DNA from: Azolla caroliniana
Lineage: Eukaryota; Plantae; Polypodiophyta
Length of the DNA stretch: 64,000 nucleotides
Reading direction: 5' to 3'
Assembly: GCA_043228905.1 (NCBI GenBank)
Contig: JBHGNT010000001.1
Coordinates: forward strand, 8,184,001-8,248,000
The notes beneath the pieces were generated by a model, which worked only from the letters and a program-made list of their open reading frames with translations, was not told the origin of the DNA and searched no databases. Of the stretch, positions 53,538 to 64,000 are shown one piece after another. Numbering within the stretch: position 1 is the first letter of the stretch; every line of letters starts with the position of its first letter. The position numbers and the translations under genes were made by a program.

Positions 53538-53945
53538 GTCTTGTGACGAGGGAGCGTTTCGGGCGTGCCCATGCACCTCTCCTCCTCATAAAGGCGTACG
53601 AGCATTCGTGCGTGTGTTTTGTGTCTTCCTTGTACATTTGGTCGTCTTGTGACGAGGGAGCGTTCAGGCTTGCCCATCCACCTCGCCTCCTCATAAAGGC
53701 GTACGAGCATTCATGCATGTGTTTTGTCCCTTTCCTTGTACGTTCGGCGTCTTCTGACAAGGGAGCGTTCAGGCGTGCCCATACACCTCTCCTCCTCATA
53801 AAGACGTACGGGCGTTCGTGTTTGTATTCTCGTCCCTTTCCTTGTACATTCGGAGTCTTGTGATGAGGGAGCGTTTGGGCGTGCCCATGCACCTCTCCTC
53901 CTCATAAAGACATACGGGCATTCGTGATTGTGTTCTCGTCCCCTT
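53538..53945. repeat. ~105-bp tandem array, 4 units, inside the Gypsy 5' LTR
   Basis: gtctt(g/c)tga(c/t)(g/a)agggagcgtt...cctcctcataaag units start at 53538, 53644, 53749 and 53855. Confidence 0.92.
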
Positions 53946-54199
53946 GTGCGTTCATATTGCGTGCTCATCTTTGCTTGTACCCATTTGATCACTTGGCTCA
54001 TGCAGTGATCTCGAAAACTCGACGAGTCGTGATCAACGAAAGCCATCGGCCATACAAAAAGGGCAATGAGCCCTTGCCCGGGAAGTAGTCTTATCGTAAA
54101 GCAAGCCTCGGGTCTTCTCTATCCCTTCGTACTCCCTAGTCCAAGACCCCTGTGGTCCCGGCCAAATAACACACACGCGTGAAACTTCGCAACATAAAT

Positions 54200-54217
54200 T
54201 GGTGAACCCGACGTGAA
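54200..54217 (+). other. Primer-binding site complementary to the tRNA-Trp 3' end
   Basis: TGGTGAACCCGACGTGAA is the reverse complement of ...TTCACGTCGGGTTCACCA (plant cytosolic tRNA-Trp, from memory); it begins 5 nt after the LTR end. Confidence 0.8.
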
Positions 54218-55044
54218 AGGGCGGCAAGGGAGATCCAAGATGTGAGGGGAAATCTATGAAGTGATGGCAGCGGCGGTGGATCGCTTGGTAAATGCCTGAG
54301 AAGGCATCACCGGCCTGGACCGGGCCATAGAGACGGTGGTTAGCACAACGGGTCGGTTCAATGGAAGAGATACCACGAGCTATTTGGACGCCTATAAGGC
54401 CGAAATGCTTATGCGAAACGTCCCCGATGATAGGCAGCTAACCGGACGCTAGAGTGGTAACGATGAGTATCCACACAAAGGTACTCGAGATCCAAGCGGA
54501 CTATCGCAATTGGGAGGAGTTCGAAGAAAGACTCCTCGAGAAGTACGGCCTTGATGACTCACTCAGAATTTCGAAAAGCGATCTAATGGAGTGGGTTGAG
54601 CTTCCCTACAAGGGGAGAAATACTATGCCTCTCTAGGGGAAAGTTCAAAAGAGAAAAAGTGGATGAAGCGGAAAGGAGGGTCCAAGAAGCAACCGGGTGG
54701 AAGGATCCGGTGGAAGAAAAGACAGGGTTAGTGGAAGCCGCTTGCCAAAACTACGAAGTAATGGTAGAAGAGAAGAAGGTAGGAAATTACGAGGGAGCTG
54801 ATCCATTAAGGAAATACAACGCTTGAGGTGCACAAAGAAAGGAAGAGCCGAACAAGTCTCAAGCATGTGACGAAAGATGGAAAGAGAAGGGGATCCCCCT
54901 CAACTTCAAGATTTGCTCGGAGATCGAACAAGCAACGGACTTGAAGACGGTAGTGGAGGAAAGGATTCTCGATAGTTGCGTAGAGTTTATTCTACGAGAG
55001 GTCCTTGAAATTGCCAAGAAAGAATTCCACGAGGTCATCATTGA

Positions 55045-55458
55045 TAACAATCGGCAACGGTTCGGTTCGGTTTGAGAGGGTCCAAACCGAACCGTTTAAA
55101 TTTTTTGAAACTTGAACCAAACCAAACCAAACCATGAAACCATTAAAATCAAACCGTTAAACATTTTTCAAACCATTAAACCATTAAACCATAAAAACCG
55201 TGGTTTCTTGGTTCGGTTTCGATTTTCAACATAGGTCAAATTTTTAATTTTTAATTTTTTTAAATTTATAATATTTCATTTTTTTTAAATTTTACAATTT
55301 TTAAGATGTTCCTAAAATGTGAGAATAAGGTCTAAAAATGAAAAGATGGTTTAAAAATAATTTTTTAAATTTTTTAAAATAAAAAAAAAATCATTAAACC
55401 ATTTAAACCACGGTTTCGCGATTCGGTTCGGTTCAAACCGAACCGTTGCCGATTGTTA
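55045..55458. mobile_element. hAT-family MITE (414 bp) inserted in the Gypsy gag region
   Basis: TIRs TAACAATCGGCAACGGTTCGGTT / AACCGAACCGTTGCCGATTGTTA; subterminal AAACCG/CGGTT repeats; AT-rich core. 8-bp flanks atcattga/atcgtcga match 6/8. Removing it restores the gag frame EVIVDLMKRKR. Confidence 0.85.
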
Positions 55459-56614
55459 ATCGTCGACCTAATGAAAAGGAAGAGGCTCTCGATGGAGCAA
55501 GAAGTGGAAAAGCCCGCGATTGTAAATGCATTGTCAATTGAGGTGCCCAAGGAAGACGAAGATTATGTGGACAGTCACTACACGAGGCCGCATTGGGCAA
55601 GAGCAACAACGGAGACACCAGTATGAGTCGGAGATGTAAAAGAGCCGGTTGTAGCATTGATCGATCATGGCTCTAAGATCAACCTTATGTCCATGGACTT
55701 TTGTAAAAAGGGAAAGTGGTCGATCAACACGAAGCACGGGTTAAAGATTAGAGCGGCGACCCGAGCAACCGAGGAGCTATACGGGGCTTGCCCGAATGTA
55801 CAGGTGAAGGTTGGGGACATAGAAATAGATCAACATTTCTTCGTTCAAGAGACGTCCTCACACCCAATAATCACTGGTGAACCATACATCACGGCGGCTC
55901 ACATGGAGACGAAGGTGTTAGACAACGGGTCGGCATATGCGAGGGTCAAGAGCCAAGATGGGAAGCATTCGGTCCAATTCCTTACAGTGAGGCCCAACCA
56001 TGAGCGCAATCGAGCCTCTCTCAAAGGGGAGTTCCGAGAGGATTTTTTATGCGGGCTATTAAAGAGTGGGGCCGCAATAGCCAGAGGCAAACTAAGACCC
56101 TAAACCCTTGCAAAACTATTTTATGTAATAGGAAACAATTTTGGTTCTCCGAAAATGGAGCTTGTAAAATTACTAGTTTAAGTGATAGAGATAAGCCTAG
56201 GGCCAAGAGATACGAAAGGTATCTCAAACAATGTAATTTATTAGGGGAAGATGACACCATAAGCGGCACCATGGAGGCGGTCTCGTTCAACGACACTCTC
56301 GAAGAGATGGAGAGGATAGTCGCTCCAAGCCTCAATGAAGACAAGGTAATTCTAGTCAACTCAGTTGACATGTACACCGCCATCGAAGAGCTTGGGCGGT
56401 TGATCGAGGAAGCGAGGACAGTCAAGGTGCAAACAAAGTTCAAGACCGTGGACAAGAAGGTGAAGCATGTGGCTGCCCCATTGCCGAATGATAGTTGGGA
56501 TCGGATAAAGGGGGTAGTGGTTGATCCTAGCTTGCAGGACCCTCAAGGCATATGGCACCGGTTCACTGACGAGACGCAACAGAAGCTCCAGATTGGTGGG
56601 GGTGGCTTCCTATT

Positions 56615-59600
56615 TGTTGGGATTACGGTCCCTCCGGATGGGATGGTCGGATGTCCGGAGATGAATGACGACAAGCCCGGTTGCGGTTTCGGAACTGGAT
56701 GATGAAGACCCCGACTTCGGAGCCGGACGACGAATGTACCCGGAGAGAGATCCGGATGCGGGGACATATCTGTGAATATGTTTGCCAAGGGCCCTTGAGG
56801 CTATAGTTGTAAATAGCCCTAAAGTCATATGTGTATAAATATGACTTAGGGCAAACAGTTTTGATGTTGCTACTCATTTTTCTGTTTTTCCACTCAAGAG
56901 GAGTGAAGAGAGAGCAGCCGTGAGAGAGATAGAGCGTGAGAGACGAAGAGGTCGACGCCTCTGTGTAATTCCGCCGCCTGTGGCGAGGACAACGAGCTCA
57001 AGGTCGTCGCCTTGCAGCTCGCCATTGTATATTTCTCTGTGCATAGTTTTGGTTCGGAGTCTTATACTCCCGTGGTTTTTTCCCGTACAGGGTTTTCCAC
57101 GTTAAATCGTGTGTCCACTTATTTACTTTTGCATTACCCATTTTCTGCAACAACGATTCGTGTGTTTCCTTGGTTGTGGCCGAGAGGTGAAGTTTGGAAA
57201 GTGTCGATTATTTCCATCAATTTGGTATCAGAGCGAGCTGCTGCAGAAAATGGAAGGCGGCGGCAGCGGGTAGCCGGGGATGATGGTGCTGAATGCGCAG
57301 AATTACGCCGACTGGAAGATCAAGATGGAGGATCTTCTGATTGTTCGGGACCTGTACGAACCGATTGACAGGTCGGAAATACCGAAGGGGGTACTTGAGT
57401 CGGAATGGAGGCTTCTAAACCGGAAAGCCGTTGCAACCATTCGGCAATACGTCGACGTGAGCGTTCTACAACATGTGGCGAACGACATCAACGCATATGA
57501 GATGTGGCGGAAGCTGTCGGGCCTCTACGAGAGGAAGAATGCGTTGAACCGGACCTCCCTGATGAGGAAGATAGTGAACCTCAAGTACCGGGACGGCGAG
57601 AGTATGGTGGAACACGTAAGCACGTTCATGGGATTCGTGAACCAGCTTGCGGCGATCAAGTTCCCGCTGGAGGATGCAATGCAAGCCATCATTCTGATGT
57701 GTACATTGCCGGAAAGCTGGGAGAACTTGGTGGTGACTCTCAGCACCTCCTGCACGGAAGATAACTTGTCCCTACAAACGGTAAAGACAAGTATTTTGAA
57801 CGAAGAAGCGCGTCGGAGAGATAAAGAACCAGCCTCCGACTCGAAGGCGCTGCTTACCGAATCGGAACGGGGAAGACAATGGAACCGGAGTCCGCAAAGA
57901 CGGGAGAAGTCGGGGACCCGGTCGCAGTCAAGAGGAAGACCCACATGCTTCCACTGTGGGAAGCCGGGGCACTTCCGGAAGAATTGTCGGCATTACCGAA
58001 AGGACAACGGAGCCGACGACACCGATTCGAAGAAGTCACCGGAGAGAAACGGTGCATACCGGGGAGCCACGGACCGGAGAGGTCCGGATCGGCGAGGGCA
58101 GGACCGGAAAGGAACGACGGCACTCGCGGCAAGTGAAGAAGAGATAATGCTCATTACCGAAGAGAGGGAGTTGAACCTTGCCGGTGAAGAGATGACCTGG
58201 GTGGTCGATTCCGGAGCGTCGTTCCACCTGACCCCGGAGAAGAAATACTTCTCATCCTACACAACCGGTGAGCACGGCTGTGTCCGGATGGGAAATGAAG
58301 GTACATGCCGGATTGCCGGCATAGGAGACGTGTGGCTAATGACATCAACCGGATGCAAGATGCTGCTGAAGGATGTTCGACACGTTCCGGAGGTTCGATT
58401 GAACCTGATTTCGGCCGGGAGGCTAGACGATGAAGGCTACACGGGTAGCATCCGGAACGGTGTCATGAAGTTCAGCAAAGGGAGCCTGATAGTCGCTCGG
58501 GCCCGGAAGGTCAACACACTGTACCTGATGAATTCCCGGCTATGTCCGGAGGAGCTGAACGTGGCAGCTGACACTGCCGGTGAGCTGTGGCACAAGAGAC
58601 TGTGCCACATGAGTGAGAAGGGGATGAAGAGGCTTGCAGAAGACAACCTTATTCCAGTGAAGCATGTGCACCTGGAGAAGTGCACCGATTGCCTGGCCGG
58701 TAAGCAGAACCGAACCTCCTTCCACTCAAGGCCACCGACGAGACGTAGCGCACCATTGGAGTTGGTGCACACTGATGTGTGTCAGGTAGAAACGAAGTCA
58801 CATGGCGGAGCCCAGTACTTCGTAACATTCATTGATGATCACAGCCGGAAGCTGTGGACGGCACCGTTGAAGACAAAGGACCAAGTGTTGTGCGTCTTCA
58901 AAGAACTCCACGCGAGAGTGGAAAGGGAATCCGGCAAGAAGCTGAAAGCGATACGAGCAGATAACGGAGGGGAATACCGGGGGCAGTTCGCGGAGTACTG
59001 TCGCTCGAAGGGAATCCGGCTCGAGTTTACTGTGCCGAAGACGCCGGAACTGAACGGGCTGGCCGAGAGGATGAACCGGACCATAATGGAGAGGGTCCGG
59101 AGTATGCTGGCGCATGCGGAATTACCCAAGGGGTTTTGGGCTGAGGCGATGTCAACGGCGACATACGTGATAAACAGATCACCCTCAGTACCTTTGGACG
59201 GAGACACGCCGCAGAGAGTGTGGACCGGTAGGGAAGTATCCTACCGGCATCTGAAGGTGTTCGGGTGTCTCGCATACGTGCATGTGGCAAAGGACCGGAG
59301 AGGAAAGCTAGATCCAAAGACCCGGCCATGCATATTCCTCGGTTACGGCGATGACGAGTTCGGCTACCGAGTATGGGACCCGGTCGACAATAAGATATTC
59401 CGGAGTCGTGATATCATCTTCATGGAGAACAAGACACTCGCCGACTGGGAGTCGGAGAAGAAGATGAAGAGCTCCAAGTCGACCGGTGAGGATAAACTCT
59501 ACGAGGAGCAGTCCCGACCGGCAAGGGACCGGTTAACACTCGAAGATCCGGCCGAAGAAGATGAAGAAACAGAACCGGCCGAAGAAGATGAAAATGATAC

Positions 59601-61048
59601 CGGAACCGGCCCCGATCCCGAAATGGATTCGGATGAAGAAGAATCGGAAGAACCGGTTACCGAAGCTCCGGAACGGAGATATCCTCTAAGAGAGAGAAGG
59701 GCTCCCCGGAGATTTCCGGAACCAGAGCACGTGCTGCTAACCGACGAGGGGGAGCCGGAGAGCTTTGAAGAAGCGAAGCATGACACCCATAGCCGCAGGT
59801 GGTTAAGTGCCATGCAGGAGGAGATGGATTCCCTGCATGAGAACCACACATATGAACTTGTGGAGTTGCCGAAAGGAAAGCGGGCACTTCGAAACAAGTG
59901 GGTGTTCAAGCTGAAACCGGGAGATGTCGGAAACCCCCCGAGATACAAAGCCAGGATCGTAGTGAAGGGGTTTCCAGCAGAAGAAGGGCGTCGACTTCGA
60001 CGAGATATTTGCCCCGGTAGTGAAGATGACCTCCATCCGGACGGTGTTGAGCATAGCGGCAAGCGTGGACCTCGAGGTAGAACAGATGGACGTGAAGACG
60101 GCATTCCTTCACGGTGACCTCGAAGAAGAGATCTACATGCAGCAACCGGAAGGATTCGAGAAGAAAGGGAAGGAGCACCTGGTATGCCGGTTGAAGAAGA
60201 GCCTTTACGAACTAAAGCAGGCTCCCCGGCAATGGTACCGGAAGTTCGACTCTTTCATGACCGACGAAAGATATCACTGGATCCGGGAAAGGATAGAAGA
60301 CAAGGAGTTCGTGCTGACGAAGATCCACACGGACGAGAACGGGTCGGATATGCTGACCAAGGTGCTCACACCCGACAAGCTGGAAGCATGCCGGAAGAGG
60401 ATCGGATTGGAGAGACATCCCATGCCGAAGTGAAGGGGGAGTTTGTTGGGATTACGGTCCCTCCGGATGGGATGGTCGGATGTCCGGAGATGAATGACGA
60501 CAAGCCCGGTTGCGGTTTCGGAACCGGATGATGAAGACCCCGACTTCGGAGCCGGACGACGAATGTACCCGGAGAGAGATCCGGATGCGGGGACATATCT
60601 GTGAATATGTTTGCCAAGGGCCCTTGAGGCTATAGTTGTAAATAGCCCTAAAGTCATATGTGTATAAATATGACTTAGGGCAAACAGTTTTGATGTTGCT
60701 ACTCATTTTTCTGTTTTTCCACTCAAGAGGAGTGAAGAGAGAGCAGCCGTGAGAGAGATAGAGCGTGAGAGACGAAGAGGTCGACGCCTCTGTGTAATTC
60801 CGCCGCCCGTGGCGAGGACAGCGAGCTCAAGGTCGTCGCCTTGCAGCTCGCCATTGTATATTTCTCTGTGCATAGTTTTGGTTCGGAGTCTTATACTCCC
60901 GTGGTTTTTTCCCGTACAGGGTTTTCCACGTTAAATCATGTGTCCACTTATTTACTTTTGCATTACCCATTTTCTGCAACAACGATTCGTGTGTTTCCTT
61001 GGTTGTGGCCGAGAGGTGAAGTTTGGAAAGTGTCGATTATTTCCATCA
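56615..61048 (+). mobile_element. Young Tnt1/Tork-like Ty1/Copia element nested in the Gypsy pol; LTRs 56615-57219 and 60444-61048
   Basis: Two 605-bp LTRs with only 4 mismatches seen by eye; perfect TSD CTATT; PBS TGGTATCAGAGC at 57223; PPT GAAGGGGGAG. The host Gypsy frame rejoins as GGGFLLPREEERF. Confidence 0.97.
57250..60433 (+). pseudogene. Copia gag-pol polyprotein, defective
   Basis: Gag with CFHCGKPGHFRKNC, protease WVVDSGAS, integrase (LVHTDVC, RADNGGEY, NGLAERMNRT) and RT start. Lesions: in-frame TAG at 57271, +1 frameshift near 59972, and a fusion WYRKFDSFMTDERY|HWIRE near 60270 that removes the RT YVDD region and most of RNase H. Confidence 0.9.
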
Positions 61049-61912
61049 CTATTGCCTAGGGAGGAGGAAAGATTTAGAAGGATGATCGAAAGCCACGGAA
61101 GGGCTTTCGCCTTCTTGTCGGGTGAGATAGGGTGCATAAACCCTAAGATCGTGGAGCCAATGGTGATATTTACGGTACCGTATGTACCGTGGAACATCAA
61201 ACCAATCCCAGTTCCGAGAGCTCACATCCTGAAGTTGATTGAGCTACTCAAGGAAAAGATCGAGATGGGTATCCTCGAGCCATCAAGCGCCCCATACTCG
61301 AATCGGTGGTTCACTGTGCCAAAGAAGAACGGCACCTTACGCTTCATCAAAAACCTACAACTTGTTAATCAAGTGACAATTCGAAATGCAGGGGTCGGGC
61401 CGAGTGTTGACGAATTCGTGGAGGCCTTCATTGGAAGGTCTATTTATTCGATCGGTGATCTATACTCGGGGTATGATCAATTCCAACTAGCTGTGTAGAG
61501 TAGGGACATCACGATGATGTGGACCCCTATCAATCTATAGACAAAGTGCTCATTTATGGTGCTCGTGAGCCCGAGCCTCGTTGGCTCAGTGTTGCTTTGC
61601 CCCCGTTCGCCATTGTGAGCCCGTGTGCTCGCCGTTCGAGTGGTCGTGGTTCGTTGGGGTCAGCATTTTTGTGGTGCTCGTGTGCTCGTCTTCTTCGTGT
61701 TCGTGCTCGGTGCTCCCATTTGCTCTTATCTCTAACAGCATTTAGTATTTATGTTTTGTTGAGCTTGTGGTCACTAGAAGTTACCGCATTGTAATCAAGC
61801 CCTATTTTATAAAGGGCACTCTTGCATTACAATCGAACTTACATATCTACTTCTTTAGCTAATGTCATTCGTGTTTTCTTTGTATAATTCTCGTCTCCTT
61901 GTACGGTCGGTC

Positions 61913-62530
61913 GTCTTGTGAGGAGGGAGCCTTTTGGGCGTGCCCATGCACCTCTCCTCCTCATAAAGGCGTAAGAGCATTTGTGTGTGTGTTACGTGTC
62001 TTCTTTGTACGTTCGGCCGTCTTGTGACGAGGGAGCGTTTCGGGCGTGCCCATGCACCTCTCCTCCTCATAAAGGCTTACGAGCATTTGTGTGTGTGTTT
62101 GTGTCTTCCTTGTACATTCGTCCGTCTTGTGACGAGGGAGCGTTTCGGGCGTGCCCATGCACCTCTCCTCATCATAAAGGCGTACAAGCATTCGTGCGTG
62201 TGTTTTGTTTCTTCATTGTACATTTGGCCGTCTTGTGACGAGGGAGCGTTCGGGCTTGCCCATCCACCTCTCCTCCTCATAAAGGTGTGCGAGCATTCGT
62301 CCATGTGTTTTGTCCCTTTCCTTGTACGTTCGGCATCTTCTGACGAGGGAGCGTTCAGGCGTGCCCATGCACCTCTCCTCCTCATAAAGATGTACGGGTG
62401 TTCGTGTTTGTATTCTCGTCCCTTTCCTTGTACATTTGGTGTCTTGTGACGAGGGAGGGTTCGGGCGTGCCCATGCACCTCTCCTCCTCATAAAGACATA
62501 TGGGCATTCGTGTTTGTGTTCTCGTCCCTT
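61913..62530. repeat. ~105-bp tandem array, 6 units, inside the Gypsy 3' LTR
   Basis: Units start at 61913, 62019, 62124, 62230, 62335 and 62441. Confidence 0.92.
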
Positions 62531-63504
62531 TGTGCGTTCATTTTGCGTGCTCATCTTTCCTTATATCAATTTGATCAATTGGCTCGTGTGGTGATCAACG
62601 AAAGCCATCGGCCCCACAAAAAGAGCAACGAGCCCTTGCCCGGGAAGTAGTCTTGTCGTAAAGCAAACCTCGGGTCTTCTCTATCCCTGCGTACTCCCTA
62701 GTCCAAGACCCTTGTGGTTCCGCTCAAGTAACACACATGCGCGAAACTTCGCGACAACGTACCTCACAAACATGATATCCAACCAAGTTCAAATTGAAAT
62801 ATGATCCCATGCTCATCTTGAAGGAACTAGTTCATACATCCAGTCAGAACTTTTGATGATAATTGTTCCCAATCATTTTTCTTAGAGGCACGTGTGACGA
62901 AACGTTGTGACGTAGACTACGATGCATCAATAGACATATTGAAGTCACCCATTAGCAATCGTAAATATCCCATGTATGAACTTTGATGGAGAACCATAAG
63001 ACAATATTTTGAGTAACATTGTTAGGGGGATCTATCCATAAAACCTCGTTTGGAAAACGAATTTCTATTACGAAAACTAACCATAAAGTTCATTGCACAC
63101 AAAAAATGGATAGTATTTGGCATACATAATCATTACCACATCTAAATAATGGTGAGAAAGTTTTCCTACGTAAAATGAAGAGTATCCAAGCAAATTGGAT
63201 TGTAGATGCTACCATGACAATCCATTCGTTTCGGAATTTACTTCCTAATCGACAGAGTATTTTATTTATATTTTGAGTTTGCATGTGCCATTATTGCCTT
63301 GTTTGGGGCTAATCACAAAATCAACCAAATTAGAAGTTGGTTCATAAAAAGAAAAAGGGACAAAATCCCTTTATGTTCAACAACACATACTATATCCATT
63401 CTCTAATTGAGTAGGTTTTTCATGATATATACTTCTTATGGGAGATCCATGTCACCACTTTCATCATGCCATTAACCTTATTTAAGTGATTTCTTTTTAG
63501 AAGT

Positions 63505-63710
63505 AATTGGCATAATGGTGCGTCATGTACTCGCGATAACCGTACTGGATCACCAGCTTCTTGTGGCGTGTCGATCGGCGGACCTTCTCATTCGCTGCAT
63601 AAAATTACTCAATGCACTTTCCAAGTCTTCATGAGGATTCGCATGTAGCACCCCCCGAGACACTTTTATGAAGATCTTTTCCATTGGGTAGATGAGCAAA
63701 CCAACGTAAA
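63505..63710 (-). mobile_element. Small Copia integrase-RT linker fragment
   Basis: Minus strand reads NEKVRRSTRHKKLVIQYGYREYMTHHYA, similar to SEKLRRSSREKNPITWLSYNEYMAHHYA in the 47.5-51.4 kb element. Confidence 0.5.
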
Positions 63711-64000
63711 GAAACAAATTGCAATTGAAGGGAAAATAATCTAGATTTATATCATCTTTGCAAATAATATTTCTTAGGACCCTCCAATCAATCTTAAAGC
63801 ACCTTGTGTGAAACCATGAGGATTAGTACCTAATACCTCACTTTGCTTATTAAGTCCTTTCCTATCATTCTTCCTCAACAAAGCTATTGTCCTTTGACAT
63901 GAAAGTTACTTGTTTAACCTTATTATTACTTTCCTAACTTTGAGGTTGATTATCCTTGCAATACATTCAATTTGATTATCTTTCATCCATAGCCATATCA

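Larger units (their letters stand above)
52973..62756 (+). mobile_element. Degenerate Ty3/Gypsy LTR retrotransposon (non-chromovirus, Phygy-like); 5' LTR 52973-54194, 5'-truncated 3' LTR 61542-62756; carries two nested insertions
   Basis: Ends TGTGGCGA...TCGC(A/G)ACA; flanks acgaa/acgta. PBS at 54200. Gag remnants, protease (IDHGSKINLM) and RT start (VPWNIKPIP..YSNRWFTVPKKNGTLRF..DLYSGYDQF). The rest of RT/RH/INT plus the first ~190 bp of the 3' LTR are deleted at ~61540. Confidence 0.88.

Noticed and set aside
53041-54046. Repetitive ORFs (MRRRGAWARP...) in the LTRs, also at 61855-62554
   Set aside because: They are by-products of the GC-rich tandem array; frames are not conserved between units or LTRs.
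59960-59985. Programmed ribosomal frameshift in Copia pol
   Set aside because: It lies inside the RT domain, not at the gag-pol boundary; a 1-nt insertion or sequencing error is simpler.
57303-60706. Many antisense and alternative-frame ORFs over the Copia
   Set aside because: Shadow ORFs expected from GC-rich coding sequence and duplicated LTRs.
53538-62530. LTR arrays as a CRISPR-like repeat-spacer array
   Set aside because: The 'spacer' parts are homologous to each other, the units are ~105 bp, they lie within LTRs, and there are no cas genes.

Overview
Eukaryotic land-plant nuclear DNA: AT-rich, with spliceosomal introns. It is probably a seed-free plant such as a fern (inferred from divergent but recognisable plant genes and the retrotransposon types). 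The ORF track misses most genes because they are spliced. Reading exons by hand gives seven intron-containing genes: a 67-aa stand-alone DFRP_C (ZC3H15/Tma46 C-terminal-like) microprotein; an ORANGE (OR) DnaJ-zinc-finger chaperone with a GC-AG intron; a 20-exon plastid-type MutS2 lacking the Smr domain; a DRM-type DNA methyltransferase; p31comet/COMET; a plant HNH endonuclease; and a minus-strand GDSL lipase. The DRM has four tandem UBA exon-pair modules and an altered catalytic loop. The right quarter is a transposon stack: an RT-deleted Copia (with a related solo LTR behind OR), then a tRNA-Trp-primed Gypsy whose LTRs carry ~105-bp tandem arrays. A hAT MITE and a young but defective Tnt1-like Copia are nested inside the Gypsy. 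A miniature MULE with poly-C/poly-G TIRs sits in a (TA)n tract. I cannot demonstrate a wholly new multi-gene system. The best leads are the atypical DRM, the DFRP microprotein and the transposon structures. Family assignments are from recalled motifs, not database searches.
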